From a virus, in the IMG/VR virus record IMGVR_UViG_3300010885_026047, positions 49,640 to 113,639 of that record: a stretch of 64,000 nucleotides of DNA; one strand, written 5' to 3'. Under the pieces are notes generated by a model that worked only from the letters and a program-made list of their open reading frames with translations, did no database searches and was not told where the DNA came from. The position numbers were made by a program, and so were the translations under genes. Shown here in pieces: positions 8,827-17,657 of the stretch. Numbering within the stretch: the stretch's first letter is position 1; every line of letters starts with the position of its first letter.

Positions 8827-9171
8827 TTAACCAGCTATATGGGCTATCCAGTTATTGATGGCTCTGGACATGCTGATGTTATCAGTAGCCTTAGCTTGGA
8901 TTTCCTCTATGGACATAACTGTGACATCACCATATGTCTGGATGGAATTGTTCGGATTACTGGTATACACATCAACAATACCATTCTCACCATAGTACTC
9001 ATCACACAACTGTTGTACAACAAACTCATTGTTATATGTATAATACTGGATACTACCATAACACCTAAGGCATGTGAGGTAGATGTAACCGTCTGATGAT
9101 TTCTCTAACTGGTTACGTAGATTGGCTACAAGTGCTGAAGCCTTTTTATACTGCTGGATTAACTCTTTCAT
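8827..9171 (-). CDS. Hypothetical early protein
   Basis: 114 aa ORF. Confidence 0.75.
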   Translation of the reverse strand: MKELIQQYKKASALVANLRNQLEKSSDGYIYLTCLRCYGSIQYYTYNNEFVVQQLCDEYYGENGIVDVYTSNPNNSIQTYGDVTVMSIEEIQAKATDNISMSRAINNWIAHIAG

Positions 9172-9204
9172 TGCTGATATATATTTAGAAGATGAGGAAT
9201 AGAT

Positions 9205-9408
9205 TTAATGTGCTGCAAGCATTGCTATATCAGCATGGTGATTACACATGGCATAGCTACCAATATACTGTACTGCTGGATTAGGACAATCCATTTGGCA
9301 TTTGCATACAGGTATTGCCTCTGACCAGTCTAACAGGTTATCAGTAGACAGTTGTTCATTAGCCATTTGGCTCAATGTTTGCTTTTCAGATGAAGTGAAG
9401 CCTTCCAT
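9205..9408 (-). CDS. Small Cys/His zinc-finger-like protein
   Basis: CKCQMDCPNPA...MCNHH; first gene of the leftward operon. Confidence 0.65.
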   Translation of the reverse strand: MEGFTSSEKQTLSQMANEQLSTDNLLDWSEAIPVCKCQMDCPNPAVQYIGSYAMCNHHADIAMLAAH

Positions 9409-9443
9409 AAGTATTGTTTTTAAGATGTTAACAATGGTTTAAC

Positions 9444-9545
9444 TACCGGGGTTCCCCCGCTTTTGGTAAATGAACATGAAACGAGTAGGGTACTCCTAAC
9501 CACTCACGAACACAAACAAAAAATAGCCAGGAAGTTTTTGGGGAA
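9444..9545. promoter_or_regulatory. Strand-switch intergenic region with GC-rich triloop hairpin
   Basis: Genes diverge here; CGGGG-TTC-CCCCG at 9447-9459. Confidence 0.5.
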
Positions 9546-9586
9546 AAAGTTTTTATATGTGAACTCTGTTTGTATCTTTGTGTTAT

Positions 9587-9976
9587 ATGACTATAGATGA
9601 GAGGTTAGCTATACAGATAGAGTTACCGTTGTTTAGTCTGAAGTATGACAAGATAGCTGAACCTCTTATACATAGTTTAGAACTACATAGTACGTATCTG
9701 ATTTATGACTTTGAAGCTTACATGGATAAGTTCCCTGATGATGAAGATGAGTCTAAGGGATGGGTAGTACCAAAGGAGGGGGTTTATCAGAAGATACGTC
9801 TGCAGGTTAGAAAAGATCGTATCTGTTCCATGGAGAGTTCTTGGATAGAGGATAGTCAGATGTGGACACTTGTTATAACTTACCTATCTACAGACGAACA
9901 TATACGGATAAAGTTCAATACTGAGAAAGAGCTGAGAGAAGTGGAACTGAAACTATCAGAGTGGTTGTTTTCTTAG
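9587..9976 (+). CDS. Hypothetical protein
   Basis: ATG 9587 lies 6 nt after a TATCTTTG -7 box (9573-9580). Confidence 0.75.
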   Translation: MTIDERLAIQIELPLFSLKYDKIAEPLIHSLELHSTYLIYDFEAYMDKFPDDEDESKGWVVPKEGVYQKIRLQVRKDRICSMESSWIEDSQMWTLVITYLSTDEHIRIKFNTEKELREVELKLSEWLFS

Positions 9977-9985
9977 CAGAGAGTA

Positions 9986-10603
9986 TCACAAAGGACTTAC
10001 ACATAGTTCTCTCATCAAGTCTGCTATATGTTTAGCCATACGGTGATAGTGGAACTTATCAAAACGAACTAAGTTGATATCGTTATCTACACAGAACTTA
10101 GTCTTGATCTTGTCTACTTCTTTCCTATCAGGCCTGTCGTGGTAGAAGCTGTCGTACTCAACTATGGTGTTGTGATCTGGCAACCAGAAGTCAAAGCGAC
10201 CCCAACCACCTGTAGAGAGCCGGAGACCTGGAAAGCTTATCTCTCTTTCCCACTTGATATCATACTTCTGCAGTTCATCTATGATCATCTGTTCAGGTAC
10301 AGAAGGTTTGAGTGTATCTCCAAAGTTACTATCAAACCACTGCAGATCAGGACGAGGTCTGTACTTGTTATCTGGTAGCTTTTTCCACACTGTAGTTGTG
10401 CAACCTAAGAACTCATCTATCTGTTCGTGTATAGCTTTCTTGTACTCGTAAGAGGTCTTGTCTACAGGTGGTGCAGGTTTAGACAACTTCACTACGGGTT
10501 CCTGAAAAGTAGCTTTAACCGGAGTTTTCAGAGACCTATCTACCTCATGTGGTTTAAGTAACCATATAAGAAAACAAACTACTGCAAGAACAACTATACC
10601 CAT
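9986..10603 (-). CDS. Membrane-anchored Vsr/DUF559-type PD-(D/E)XK nuclease-like protein (start revised)
   Basis: N-terminal TM MGIVVLAVVCFLIWLL; S..EQ.I...L, RFDFWLP...IVEYD..YH, D..K...C.....LVR; promoter-like TTG-N20-TATCTTGT just upstream of 10603. Confidence 0.7.
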   Translation of the reverse strand: MGIVVLAVVCFLIWLLKPHEVDRSLKTPVKATFQEPVVKLSKPAPPVDKTSYEYKKAIHEQIDEFLGCTTTVWKKLPDNKYRPRPDLQWFDSNFGDTLKPSVPEQMIIDELQKYDIKWEREISFPGLRLSTGGWGRFDFWLPDHNTIVEYDSFYHDRPDRKEVDKIKTKFCVDNDINLVRFDKFHYHRMAKHIADLMRELCVSPL

Positions 10604-10698
10604 AGCACACAAGATACAACAACACTTCCATCTGTGCAAGTGGTAGAGCGAACTTTTTTCACGGTATAGTTTTTGTACAACTACTCTAAACACTCTTT

Positions 10699-10887
10699 AT
10701 GTCTGTACTTACACTTATCCTCGTTATAGTTCTTGTTGGTGTCCTTCTGTGGGCAATAAACCGCTTTATACCTATGGATGCTACTATCAAGAACATCTTG
10801 TACTTTGTAGTCGTCCTTGTTCTGATACTTTGGTTACTCCAGGCTTTTGGTGTACTGGGAACTTTAGGTTCTGTACGGATCAGGTAA
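10699..10887 (+). CDS. Two-TM small membrane protein (Thivi_2564-like)
   Basis: LVGVLLWAINRFIPMDATIKNIL..VV....ILWLLQAFG. Confidence 0.75.
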   Translation: MSVLTLILVIVLVGVLLWAINRFIPMDATIKNILYFVVVLVLILWLLQAFGVLGTLGSVRIR

Positions 10888-10900
10888 CATAAACTTTTTG

Positions 10901-10930
10901 TTGGTAGTGTTACTTTACTTTGTATCTTTG
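10901..10930 (+). promoter_or_regulatory. Bacteroidota-type promoter
   Basis: TTG-N19-TATCTTTG, 4 nt before ATG 10935. Confidence 0.7.
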
Positions 10931-10934
10931 ACCC

Positions 10935-11198
10935 ATGCAGATAAATTTAACTAACATACTGCTCTTCTCTATAGCTGGAACACTGGGTTATATAGCTTAC
11001 TTACGTCACCACTCAAACAAACATAAAATGGCAACTTTTACAGACATCACTACAGCACTTGGTAACCTTACAACAGCAGTTAACGGAGCTACTGCAGCTT
11101 TGACAGGCTCTATCACTCCTGCACAGGGAGATCAGATCGTAACGGCTATAACTGACGCTACGACTACACTGAACGCAGCAGTTACTCCTGCACCTTAA
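10935..11198 (+). CDS. Small protein with N-terminal hydrophobic segment and Thr/Ala-rich helix
   Basis: 87 aa; possible internal start at MATFTD; terminator-like hairpin follows (11225-11250). Confidence 0.65.
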   Translation: MQINLTNILLFSIAGTLGYIAYLRHHSNKHKMATFTDITTALGNLTTAVNGATAALTGSITPAQGDQIVTAITDATTTLNAAVTPAP

Positions 11199-11274
11199 AC
11201 GTTTTCTCATAGGCTACACACATCAACCTCAGTCTCTACTGGGGTTTTTGGTTTTTATCTCCTAACTTTGTCTG

Positions 11275-14200
11275 ATGTCTTTTCAACTGCTTGGTGTCTG
11301 GAACGCACAAACCAACTTGACCTCTACCGGTATACACCTTGCTGACGGTACTGGTACTACTGGAGACTGCTATACCTGCTGGACAAGTGGTACACAGAAC
11401 CTTGGACATGGGTTCTTTAACTATCAGCAAGGGCAAGTTATCTTATATACAAACGGTCAGTGGGTATGGCCTGGTTCTAACGGAGAGATAGACTTCTCTC
11501 TTATCTTTCCAACCTTTACTTTAGCCGGAACCTGGAACCCGAACACAAACACAACATCTCTTGGAACACATCTTACTGCAGGAGTTGGTACTGCTGGTAC
11601 TGTCTACACAGTTTCTACACCTGGTATCTGTGATCTTGGTTGGGGGCCTTTTAACTGGGCTACCGGGTTTAACGTTGTGTACAGTAACGGTAAGTGGTTG
11701 TGGATAGGTAAAGATCTTGTTTGTAACTATGGTAACACATCCGGTGGAACTGGTGGTGGGACCGGAACAGTTACTTACGTGAACATCCAAACATCTGGTT
11801 CTGGCCTATCTGTATCTGGTGGACCTGTAACATCTTCTGGAACTTTCCTACTGCAGAACACATTACCTGATCGTACTGTAGTACTCAACCAAGGTCCTGG
11901 TATATCTGTTACTGGTACTTACCCAAACTTTACAGTTTCTACTTCTGGTAGTACAAGCCAGACATCTGGTACTGTAACCTCTTTCAACACATCTGGTCTA
12001 TCCACACTCTTCACCACAAGTGTCAGTAACCCAACTACAACTCCATACCTTACCTTCTCACCTATAGCTGAGAACCAGAACTTGTTCTTTGCCAGTCCTA
12101 ATGGTTCTTCTGGCATACCCTTGTGGAGAGCTTTAACAGTCAACGACTTTAACAGTGGTACAAGTGCAAACGCTACAACTTTCTGGCGTGGGGACGGAAC
12201 CTGGGCAACTCCTTCCAGTACTACTTATACTGGTACATCAGGTGTAACTGTATCTGGTACATCCATCTACCTGGCACCTATAGCAGCTAACTCTGTACTA
12301 GCTAATGTTGGTTCCGGTTCAGGTTCGCCATTTAGTGCCCTGTCTTACTCTGCTGTAAGTGCTGTAAACAGTCTTGTATATAGAGACGCTAACCAAAATG
12401 CCTTTGCCAATAACTTTACATCTAAGGGAACTAATGTTGTATCTGCAGGAAGTACTACTATACTTACAGCAGCATCTACCCGGTTACAAAATCTCACAGG
12501 TTCAGCTAACCAGACATTTCAACTACCAGATGCAACAACACTGTCCATAGGGGCAAGGTTCACTTTCAACAATAACAGTACAGGTGTTCTAACAGTAACT
12601 AATAATGGAGGTATTACCATAGCGACTTGTCCTGCAGGAGGTGCTATAGAAGTTTTTGAGATAGCAGCATCTACACCAAATGGAGCATGGGACTATCACT
12701 TCTATATACCTGCCAATGTACAATGGGGTACAACTGCTCTTATCTATTCTGGTCCTATAACAGCTACAAAGTTTGTTACATCTGGAGGTACTTCCTCTCA
12801 GTTTGTAAAAGGGGATGGTACTCTTGACAGTACTATATATAGTACTACATCAGGTACAGTTACTTCTGTAAGTTTACTCTTACCAAGTTCTGTGTTCTCT
12901 ATATCCGGATCACCTGTTACTTCTTCAGGTACACTTACTGGAACACTTCAGACACAAACAGCAAACACTTTTTTTGCAGGACCTGTCAGTGGTTCTACAG
13001 CACAACCTACCTTTAGAGCTATAGTTGCTGGAGATCTTCCTTCCAGTACTGGAACAGTTGCCAGTTTCTCATCTGGTAATCTTGTACCTTTATTTACTAC
13101 AACTATAGCAAATCCTACTACAAACCCTGCACTTACTTTCAATCTTTCTTCTGCAGGAGCTAAGACTATCTTTGGTAACCAAACATCTGCCAGTACAACA
13201 CCTTCTTTCTTTATACCTATCTTAGCTGTGGGTCCTTTTGGTTCTGAAGGAGCAACAACGCAGGTACTACACGGTAATCCAAGTGGTAACCTATCTTGGT
13301 CCCAGGTCAACCTTGCTGCAGATGTTACTGGAAACTTACCTGTTACAAACCTTAACTCTGGCAGTAGTGCGGGAGCTACAACGTTCTGGAGAGGTGATGG
13401 TATATGGGCACAAACATCAGGTTCATCTATAACTCCTGGAGGATCATCTACACAGGTTCAGTATAACAATGCGGGTACTTTTGGAGGAGCTGCTCTAACT
13501 AACATTGCTACGGACGGCAATCTGTCCTTAGTTAGTACTTCCGGAGCTACAAATGCTATATCAGGATCACTAAAAGTATATAGTAATAACCAAACAGGAA
13601 TAGATGAGCTGCATGTAGTACCGTCTATAGGAATAGAAAGTATACTGCAAAACTCTTTAGGGCAAAATCAATGGGGTAGTTGGGATCTTAGTGGAGTAGT
13701 TACCACTGCTACACAAGGAGGTATATACAATCAGGCATTAGGATTTTCAGGAACACCAGTAGCTTCTACGAGAACTTATGATTCTACTAATCTTGTTCCT
13801 AATCATATGTACTTGAAATATCCTACGGGTTCAGGAAATAATTCTCAAGCAGAGTTATATTTTAGTTCTACTGCCAGGGCATCAATGATTGGTAATAATA
13901 CATATGGAGGTGGTTCAAAATGGGTTGGTAAATTTAACCTTCCACAATATACTTCTGCTAATAGAGTGTTTGTAGGATACGCATCTTCTGCTAGTGCATT
14001 AGGAACAACAGTTGACCCTTCCACATATACCAACATAATTGGTGTTGGTAAGGATGTTGCAGATACTACTTTACAGATAATGTTTAACGGTAGTGCAGGT
14101 ACAGCTACAAAAGTAAATACGGGAATAACACCAACTGCTAATGATGAATATAGAGTTACAATAATAATTTTACCTTCTGGTACAACATCCTATGTAACAC

Positions 14201-14367
14201 TAGAAAGATTTACAAAGTCAGCTGTGACAACATTTAGTTCATCAAACTCTGCTAAGATGCCGGCAGCAGGTACTCTAATGTACTTTCACATGGCTGTAAA
14301 TTCAGGTTCTGCATCTGTTGGTGTAACATCAATAGGTATTCTCCACATATTTGAAGAAATTTATTAA
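11275..14367 (+). CDS. Tail or head fibre-like structural protein (Ser/Thr/Gly-rich, modular)
   Basis: 1030 aa; repeated G.WN..TN and TTFWRGDG.WA units, SQFVKGDG and PGGSSTQVQYN fibre motifs; C-terminal beta-sandwich-like domain. Confidence 0.8.
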   Translation: MSFQLLGVWNAQTNLTSTGIHLADGTGTTGDCYTCWTSGTQNLGHGFFNYQQGQVILYTNGQWVWPGSNGEIDFSLIFPTFTLAGTWNPNTNTTSLGTHLTAGVGTAGTVYTVSTPGICDLGWGPFNWATGFNVVYSNGKWLWIGKDLVCNYGNTSGGTGGGTGTVTYVNIQTSGSGLSVSGGPVTSSGTFLLQNTLPDRTVVLNQGPGISVTGTYPNFTVSTSGSTSQTSGTVTSFNTSGLSTLFTTSVSNPTTTPYLTFSPIAENQNLFFASPNGSSGIPLWRALTVNDFNSGTSANATTFWRGDGTWATPSSTTYTGTSGVTVSGTSIYLAPIAANSVLANVGSGSGSPFSALSYSAVSAVNSLVYRDANQNAFANNFTSKGTNVVSAGSTTILTAASTRLQNLTGSANQTFQLPDATTLSIGARFTFNNNSTGVLTVTNNGGITIATCPAGGAIEVFEIAASTPNGAWDYHFYIPANVQWGTTALIYSGPITATKFVTSGGTSSQFVKGDGTLDSTIYSTTSGTVTSVSLLLPSSVFSISGSPVTSSGTLTGTLQTQTANTFFAGPVSGSTAQPTFRAIVAGDLPSSTGTVASFSSGNLVPLFTTTIANPTTNPALTFNLSSAGAKTIFGNQTSASTTPSFFIPILAVGPFGSEGATTQVLHGNPSGNLSWSQVNLAADVTGNLPVTNLNSGSSAGATTFWRGDGIWAQTSGSSITPGGSSTQVQYNNAGTFGGAALTNIATDGNLSLVSTSGATNAISGSLKVYSNNQTGIDELHVVPSIGIESILQNSLGQNQWGSWDLSGVVTTATQGGIYNQALGFSGTPVASTRTYDSTNLVPNHMYLKYPTGSGNNSQAELYFSSTARASMIGNNTYGGGSKWVGKFNLPQYTSANRVFVGYASSASALGTTVDPSTYTNIIGVGKDVADTTLQIMFNGSAGTATKVNTGITPTANDEYRVTIIILPSGTTSYVTLERFTKSAVTTFSSSNSAKMPAAGTLMYFHMAVNSGSASVGVTSIGILHIFEEIY

Positions 14368-14368
14368 T

Positions 14369-14656
14369 ATGCAAATACAAGCAATAGCACAAACCAATGA
14401 TCCCACAAAGATAGCTACCGAATTAGAGGTAACTACAAGAGATCCTACAGAGTTATCTATATACGCTGTCTGGAAGTTGACAGATGTTAATGGTGCTTAT
14501 GTAAATGACGGATCGTGTTTACTAACAGACGATGGCTCAGATCCAAACAATATTATAAATGACTACACAAAGTACTTATCGGATAACTCTTATTTATACA
14601 CTTATGTAGTAAACTTATTAGGATTAACAGTTGTAAGTTTCAATACTATTGTATAG
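14369..14656 (+). CDS. Small fibre-associated protein
   Basis: Directly follows the fibre gene and shares its atypical base composition. Confidence 0.65.
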   Translation: MQIQAIAQTNDPTKIATELEVTTRDPTELSIYAVWKLTDVNGAYVNDGSCLLTDDGSDPNNIINDYTKYLSDNSYLYTYVVNLLGLTVVSFNTIV

Positions 14657-14687
14657 ATTTGCATTGAACTAAACTAACAGTATAAAA

Positions 14688-15128
14688 ATGGCAAACGAAA
14701 AAGAACCACAGATGGACCCTTCGATGTTACCAGAAATATCGGATATCAGTAACTTCCAGGTATCGGGGCAGAGGACAGTTATCAAACCAACTAATGACTA
14801 TGCTATAAAGACCAAAGGTGGGGTGTACTTCCCGGAGAAGACTGCTGAACTAAGACGTAGGACAACACTCTCTAAAGGAGAAGTGATGTGTGTAGGCAGC
14901 GCAGTTACAGAGACAAAAGTTGGACAACATGTATACTTTTATTGGCATGAAGGAGATGGTATGATACGTGAGATCAACAAGACTGGTAAGACTACTGACG
15001 ATGATGTTATCTATGTGATACTACCAGAGTACTCTATACGCGGATATATAGTAGACAATGCTGTAGAACAAACTGCAAAAGAGCTTAGAGATAAGTTGGT
15101 ACAACCCTCTTCTATACTACTTGCATAA
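14688..15128 (+). CDS. groES: GroES/Cpn10-like co-chaperonin
   Basis: SGQRTVIKP...TKGGVYFPE...KGEVMCVG..V...KVGQHV. Confidence 0.8.
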   Translation: MANEKEPQMDPSMLPEISDISNFQVSGQRTVIKPTNDYAIKTKGGVYFPEKTAELRRRTTLSKGEVMCVGSAVTETKVGQHVYFYWHEGDGMIREINKTGKTTDDDVIYVILPEYSIRGYIVDNAVEQTAKELRDKLVQPSSILLA

Positions 15129-15134
15129 AAAAGT

Positions 15135-15166
15135 TTTGTTCTTTTCATATATAGTTTATACCTTGC
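15135..15166 (+). promoter_or_regulatory. Bacteroidota-type promoter (variant -7 box)
   Basis: TTTG-N20-TACCTTGC. Confidence 0.55.
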
Positions 15167-15194
15167 ATCTTTGTTAACAAAAAAACTAAACAAC

Positions 15195-15335
15195 ATGGCA
15201 ACAAGTCCAAAACCAAAACAGATGGCTGGAGACACTGCTAAAGCAGTAAAGAAAGTTCCGGTAGCTCCACCAAAGACACCTGCTTCTATGAAGAAAGGTG
15301 GAAAGATGATGAAGAAAGGCGGGAAGATGTGTTAA
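15195..15335 (+). CDS. 46-aa Lys/Pro-rich peptide with MKKGG repeats (not in ORF track)
   Basis: MATSPKPKQ...SMKKGGKMMKKGGKMC*; own promoter, A-rich leader and terminator. Confidence 0.75.
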   Translation: MATSPKPKQMAGDTAKAVKKVPVAPPKTPASMKKGGKMMKKGGKMC

Positions 15336-15358
15336 GCCACATACAGCCTTTTAAAGAG

Positions 15359-15389
15359 AAGAGAGTATCCACCAGGGTACTCTTTTTTT
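15359..15389 (+). terminator. Intrinsic terminator
   Basis: GAGAGTATCC-ACCA-GGGTACTCTT followed by a T run. Confidence 0.75.
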
Positions 15390-15417
15390 ATGTGCAAAAA
15401 TAAACTTTTACAAACAC

Positions 15418-15448
15418 TTGGTTTTATCAGATGCACTTTATACTTTTG
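15418..15448 (+). promoter_or_regulatory. Bacteroidota-type promoter
   Basis: TTG-N20-TACTTTTG. Confidence 0.65.
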
Positions 15449-15487
15449 TTACATCAAACAACTTTAAAAGTTTAAAACACTAAGACG

Positions 15488-16264
15488 ATGGAAATACCAA
15501 TGATGGGACTAGGTAAGACAGAAACTGATATAGAGACTCAGTACGAACAAGGTCCTCCTCCTGTAACAGAAATGTCTATACCCGGACAACCTTCTTACGA
15601 AGAGTGGAAAGCTCAACAGTCTGAGATGGTTGCAAAGATGAAAGCTGAGATAGACGATCTCCGTCTTGTCAGTGAGTATAACCGTCTTATGGTTGAAGGA
15701 GAAGAGTTAACTCTTCGTCAGATGGAAGCCAAGGTTATGTTGGGTCAGGTAGACATCAGCACTTTACCTGAGTGCCCAAAGAAGTGGGAGCTTATGGTAA
15801 GGATAGATAAAGCTGCTGTTATGGCTGGAAGGAAACCTGTACGTAACGCAGAAGGACAACTTGTGATACAAGGTCTTGCTGGTTTAGAACTGGCAGTAAA
15901 CGAAACCCAGGCACAGGACTATCTTACCCGGAAACAGGTAGACATCCAACAGGTCGTACAGATGCACAAAGAGAAAGAACAAGCTCTACAAGAAGTTTCT
16001 CTGAAGACTGGTTTAGAACTTGTTATACTATATACACCTGATCCGAAAGTAGTAGGGCAGATAAACGCTCTTGTACAAGGTAAGGATATAGAGACTGCGG
16101 GACCTATGGAGTTACCTGAAGGTATAACTACTATAACTTTCCAGGTTCCTAACGGAGACAGGAAGAGTGATGTAAGTATGAACCCTGGGGACTATATAGT
16201 AAAGTGTAAAGACGGAGTTGTTTGTGTACTAACAAGTGAAGACTATCAGAAGTGGAACAAGTAA
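15488..16264 (+). CDS. Hypothetical coiled-coil protein
   Basis: 258 aa; C-terminal PGDYIVK motif. Confidence 0.8.
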   Translation: MEIPMMGLGKTETDIETQYEQGPPPVTEMSIPGQPSYEEWKAQQSEMVAKMKAEIDDLRLVSEYNRLMVEGEELTLRQMEAKVMLGQVDISTLPECPKKWELMVRIDKAAVMAGRKPVRNAEGQLVIQGLAGLELAVNETQAQDYLTRKQVDIQQVVQMHKEKEQALQEVSLKTGLELVILYTPDPKVVGQINALVQGKDIETAGPMELPEGITTITFQVPNGDRKSDVSMNPGDYIVKCKDGVVCVLTSEDYQKWNK

Positions 16265-16647
16265 CACTTAATACATATAAGCGGGTTATAGGTGGTATGG
16301 AACTAGCAAGTATCATACTCTTTCAGTTACGTGTACACTGTTATCTAAAGTCTATCCAGTTAACTGAGATGGAAGAGAAGTACACAGTGGAGATGGCTAT
16401 AACCGGTGGTACGTGGGACCTGAAGAAGTTCTGTGATCATGTAGTAGAGAAAGGTCTAAGTTACTCTACAGAAAGTTCAAGGACTATACTCGATCACTTA
16501 GAAACTAAAGGGTTAGTAGTTAAAGAAGGACACTACAGAAAGATGGTTAAGTTAAACCCGGAGATGGGTATACAGGTAGAGGGGACGGTGTTAGTGGATA
16601 TAAAACTTAGCAACTATATAGCAAATGGTTCCAAGGAAAGCAACTGA
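16252..16647 (+). CDS. Winged-helix DNA-binding protein (putative)
   Basis: SSRTILDHLETKGLVVK wHTH-like segment. Confidence 0.6.
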   Translation: MEQVTLNTYKRVIGGMELASIILFQLRVHCYLKSIQLTEMEEKYTVEMAITGGTWDLKKFCDHVVEKGLSYSTESSRTILDHLETKGLVVKEGHYRKMVKLNPEMGIQVEGTVLVDIKLSNYIANGSKESN

Positions 16648-16987
16648 GTTGGGTAATGAGTTTGCTGACAAGAAAGGTATACCGAGAGCACATATGTTAG
16701 ATATGCTCACGTTCTACTACAGGGATATCCGGACAGTCTGCAGTAAGTTACAACATCCAAACGTATCTATCAACGGACTAGGTTACATGAAACCCTCAGT
16801 ACCGAAGCTAAAGAAAGGAAGAGCAGGAGCTATAAAGTGGACTAAGGACTTTGACAAGACAGGTAAGGATAAAACTACACAGTACTATACCAAGAAAGAG
16901 AACGCTGCACTTATGGACAAGATGATAGATACTTGCATAGAGATACGTAAAGCACACAAGTTAGTTAAAAACCTAAGAAAGTCATGA
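16625..16987 (+). CDS. HU/IHF-like protein
   Basis: Helical N-terminus followed by VSINGLGYM (HU V.I.GFG-like). Confidence 0.6.
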   Translation: MVPRKATELGNEFADKKGIPRAHMLDMLTFYYRDIRTVCSKLQHPNVSINGLGYMKPSVPKLKKGRAGAIKWTKDFDKTGKDKTTQYYTKKENAALMDKMIDTCIEIRKAHKLVKNLRKS

Positions 16988-17451
16988 TCTGGAGAGAGAA
17001 ACTAAAACTTGCATGGGATAACAGAGCACAGATAGCAGATGGTTTCTGGAACGTGTACATAGGTTGTAAACCAGAGATAGAAGCTGAAGCACTTAGGAGA
17101 AAGACTATCTGTGAGAGTAATGTCTGTGGATCCTATGACAAGGATGGTAAACCGGAGACATCTATGATACCAGGTCAACCAGCTTGTTCTATTTGTCACT
17201 GTAACATAAATGCTAAAGCTGCATGTACGTTTTGTTGGTGTGCTCTTCTTGACAAACAGATACTGAAGTTGAAAGAACTACGACCTGAGACAAACATACA
17301 AGATATAGATAGTTGTAGGGTACAGATCAAAGAGTTACAGGAGCAAGGTATAGATATGGGGCTAGATCCTTTGTGGGATGTGATGATGACAAAAGACCAG
17401 GACGATCTGATAAAGTCAAAGGAGTACACAGAGCAGTTTAAAAATAGGTAG
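16984..17451 (+). CDS. Cys-rich zinc-binding protein
   Basis: RRKTICESNVC...CSICHC...K..C..C.C. Confidence 0.7.
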   Translation: MIWREKLKLAWDNRAQIADGFWNVYIGCKPEIEAEALRRKTICESNVCGSYDKDGKPETSMIPGQPACSICHCNINAKAACTFCWCALLDKQILKLKELRPETNIQDIDSCRVQIKELQEQGIDMGLDPLWDVMMTKDQDDLIKSKEYTEQFKNR

Positions 17452-17453
17452 TT

Positions 17454-17657
17454 ATGGAACCAAAGAAGTACTGGTGGATACACTACGATAGAGTTGGTAT
17501 ACAGATGTACCGTGAAAAAGAAACTGTTATAGATATACATCCGTTTCTATGGTTAAGTGAAACGAAAAAACAAATGAAGTGGGAAGTCTGGTTAGTGAAC
17601 TGGAAGTTGATAGACGTAACTGAGTATAACCTTTGGAAAGAACTAAACGATAAGTAG
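17454..17657 (+). CDS. Small Trp-rich hypothetical protein
   Basis: 67 aa, tightly packed in the operon. Confidence 0.65.
   Translation: MEPKKYWWIHYDRVGIQMYREKETVIDIHPFLWLSETKKQMKWEVWLVNWKLIDVTEYNLWKELNDK

Noticed and set aside
8221-9096. 291-aa plus-strand ORF and the many other antisense ORFs in the track (e.g. 1457-1876, 44769-45182)
   Set aside because: They are shadows of genes on the opposite strand, with no leader or recognisable motifs.
11275-14367. Diversity-generating retroelement target
   Set aside because: No reverse transcriptase and no template/variable repeat pair differing at adenines in this window.
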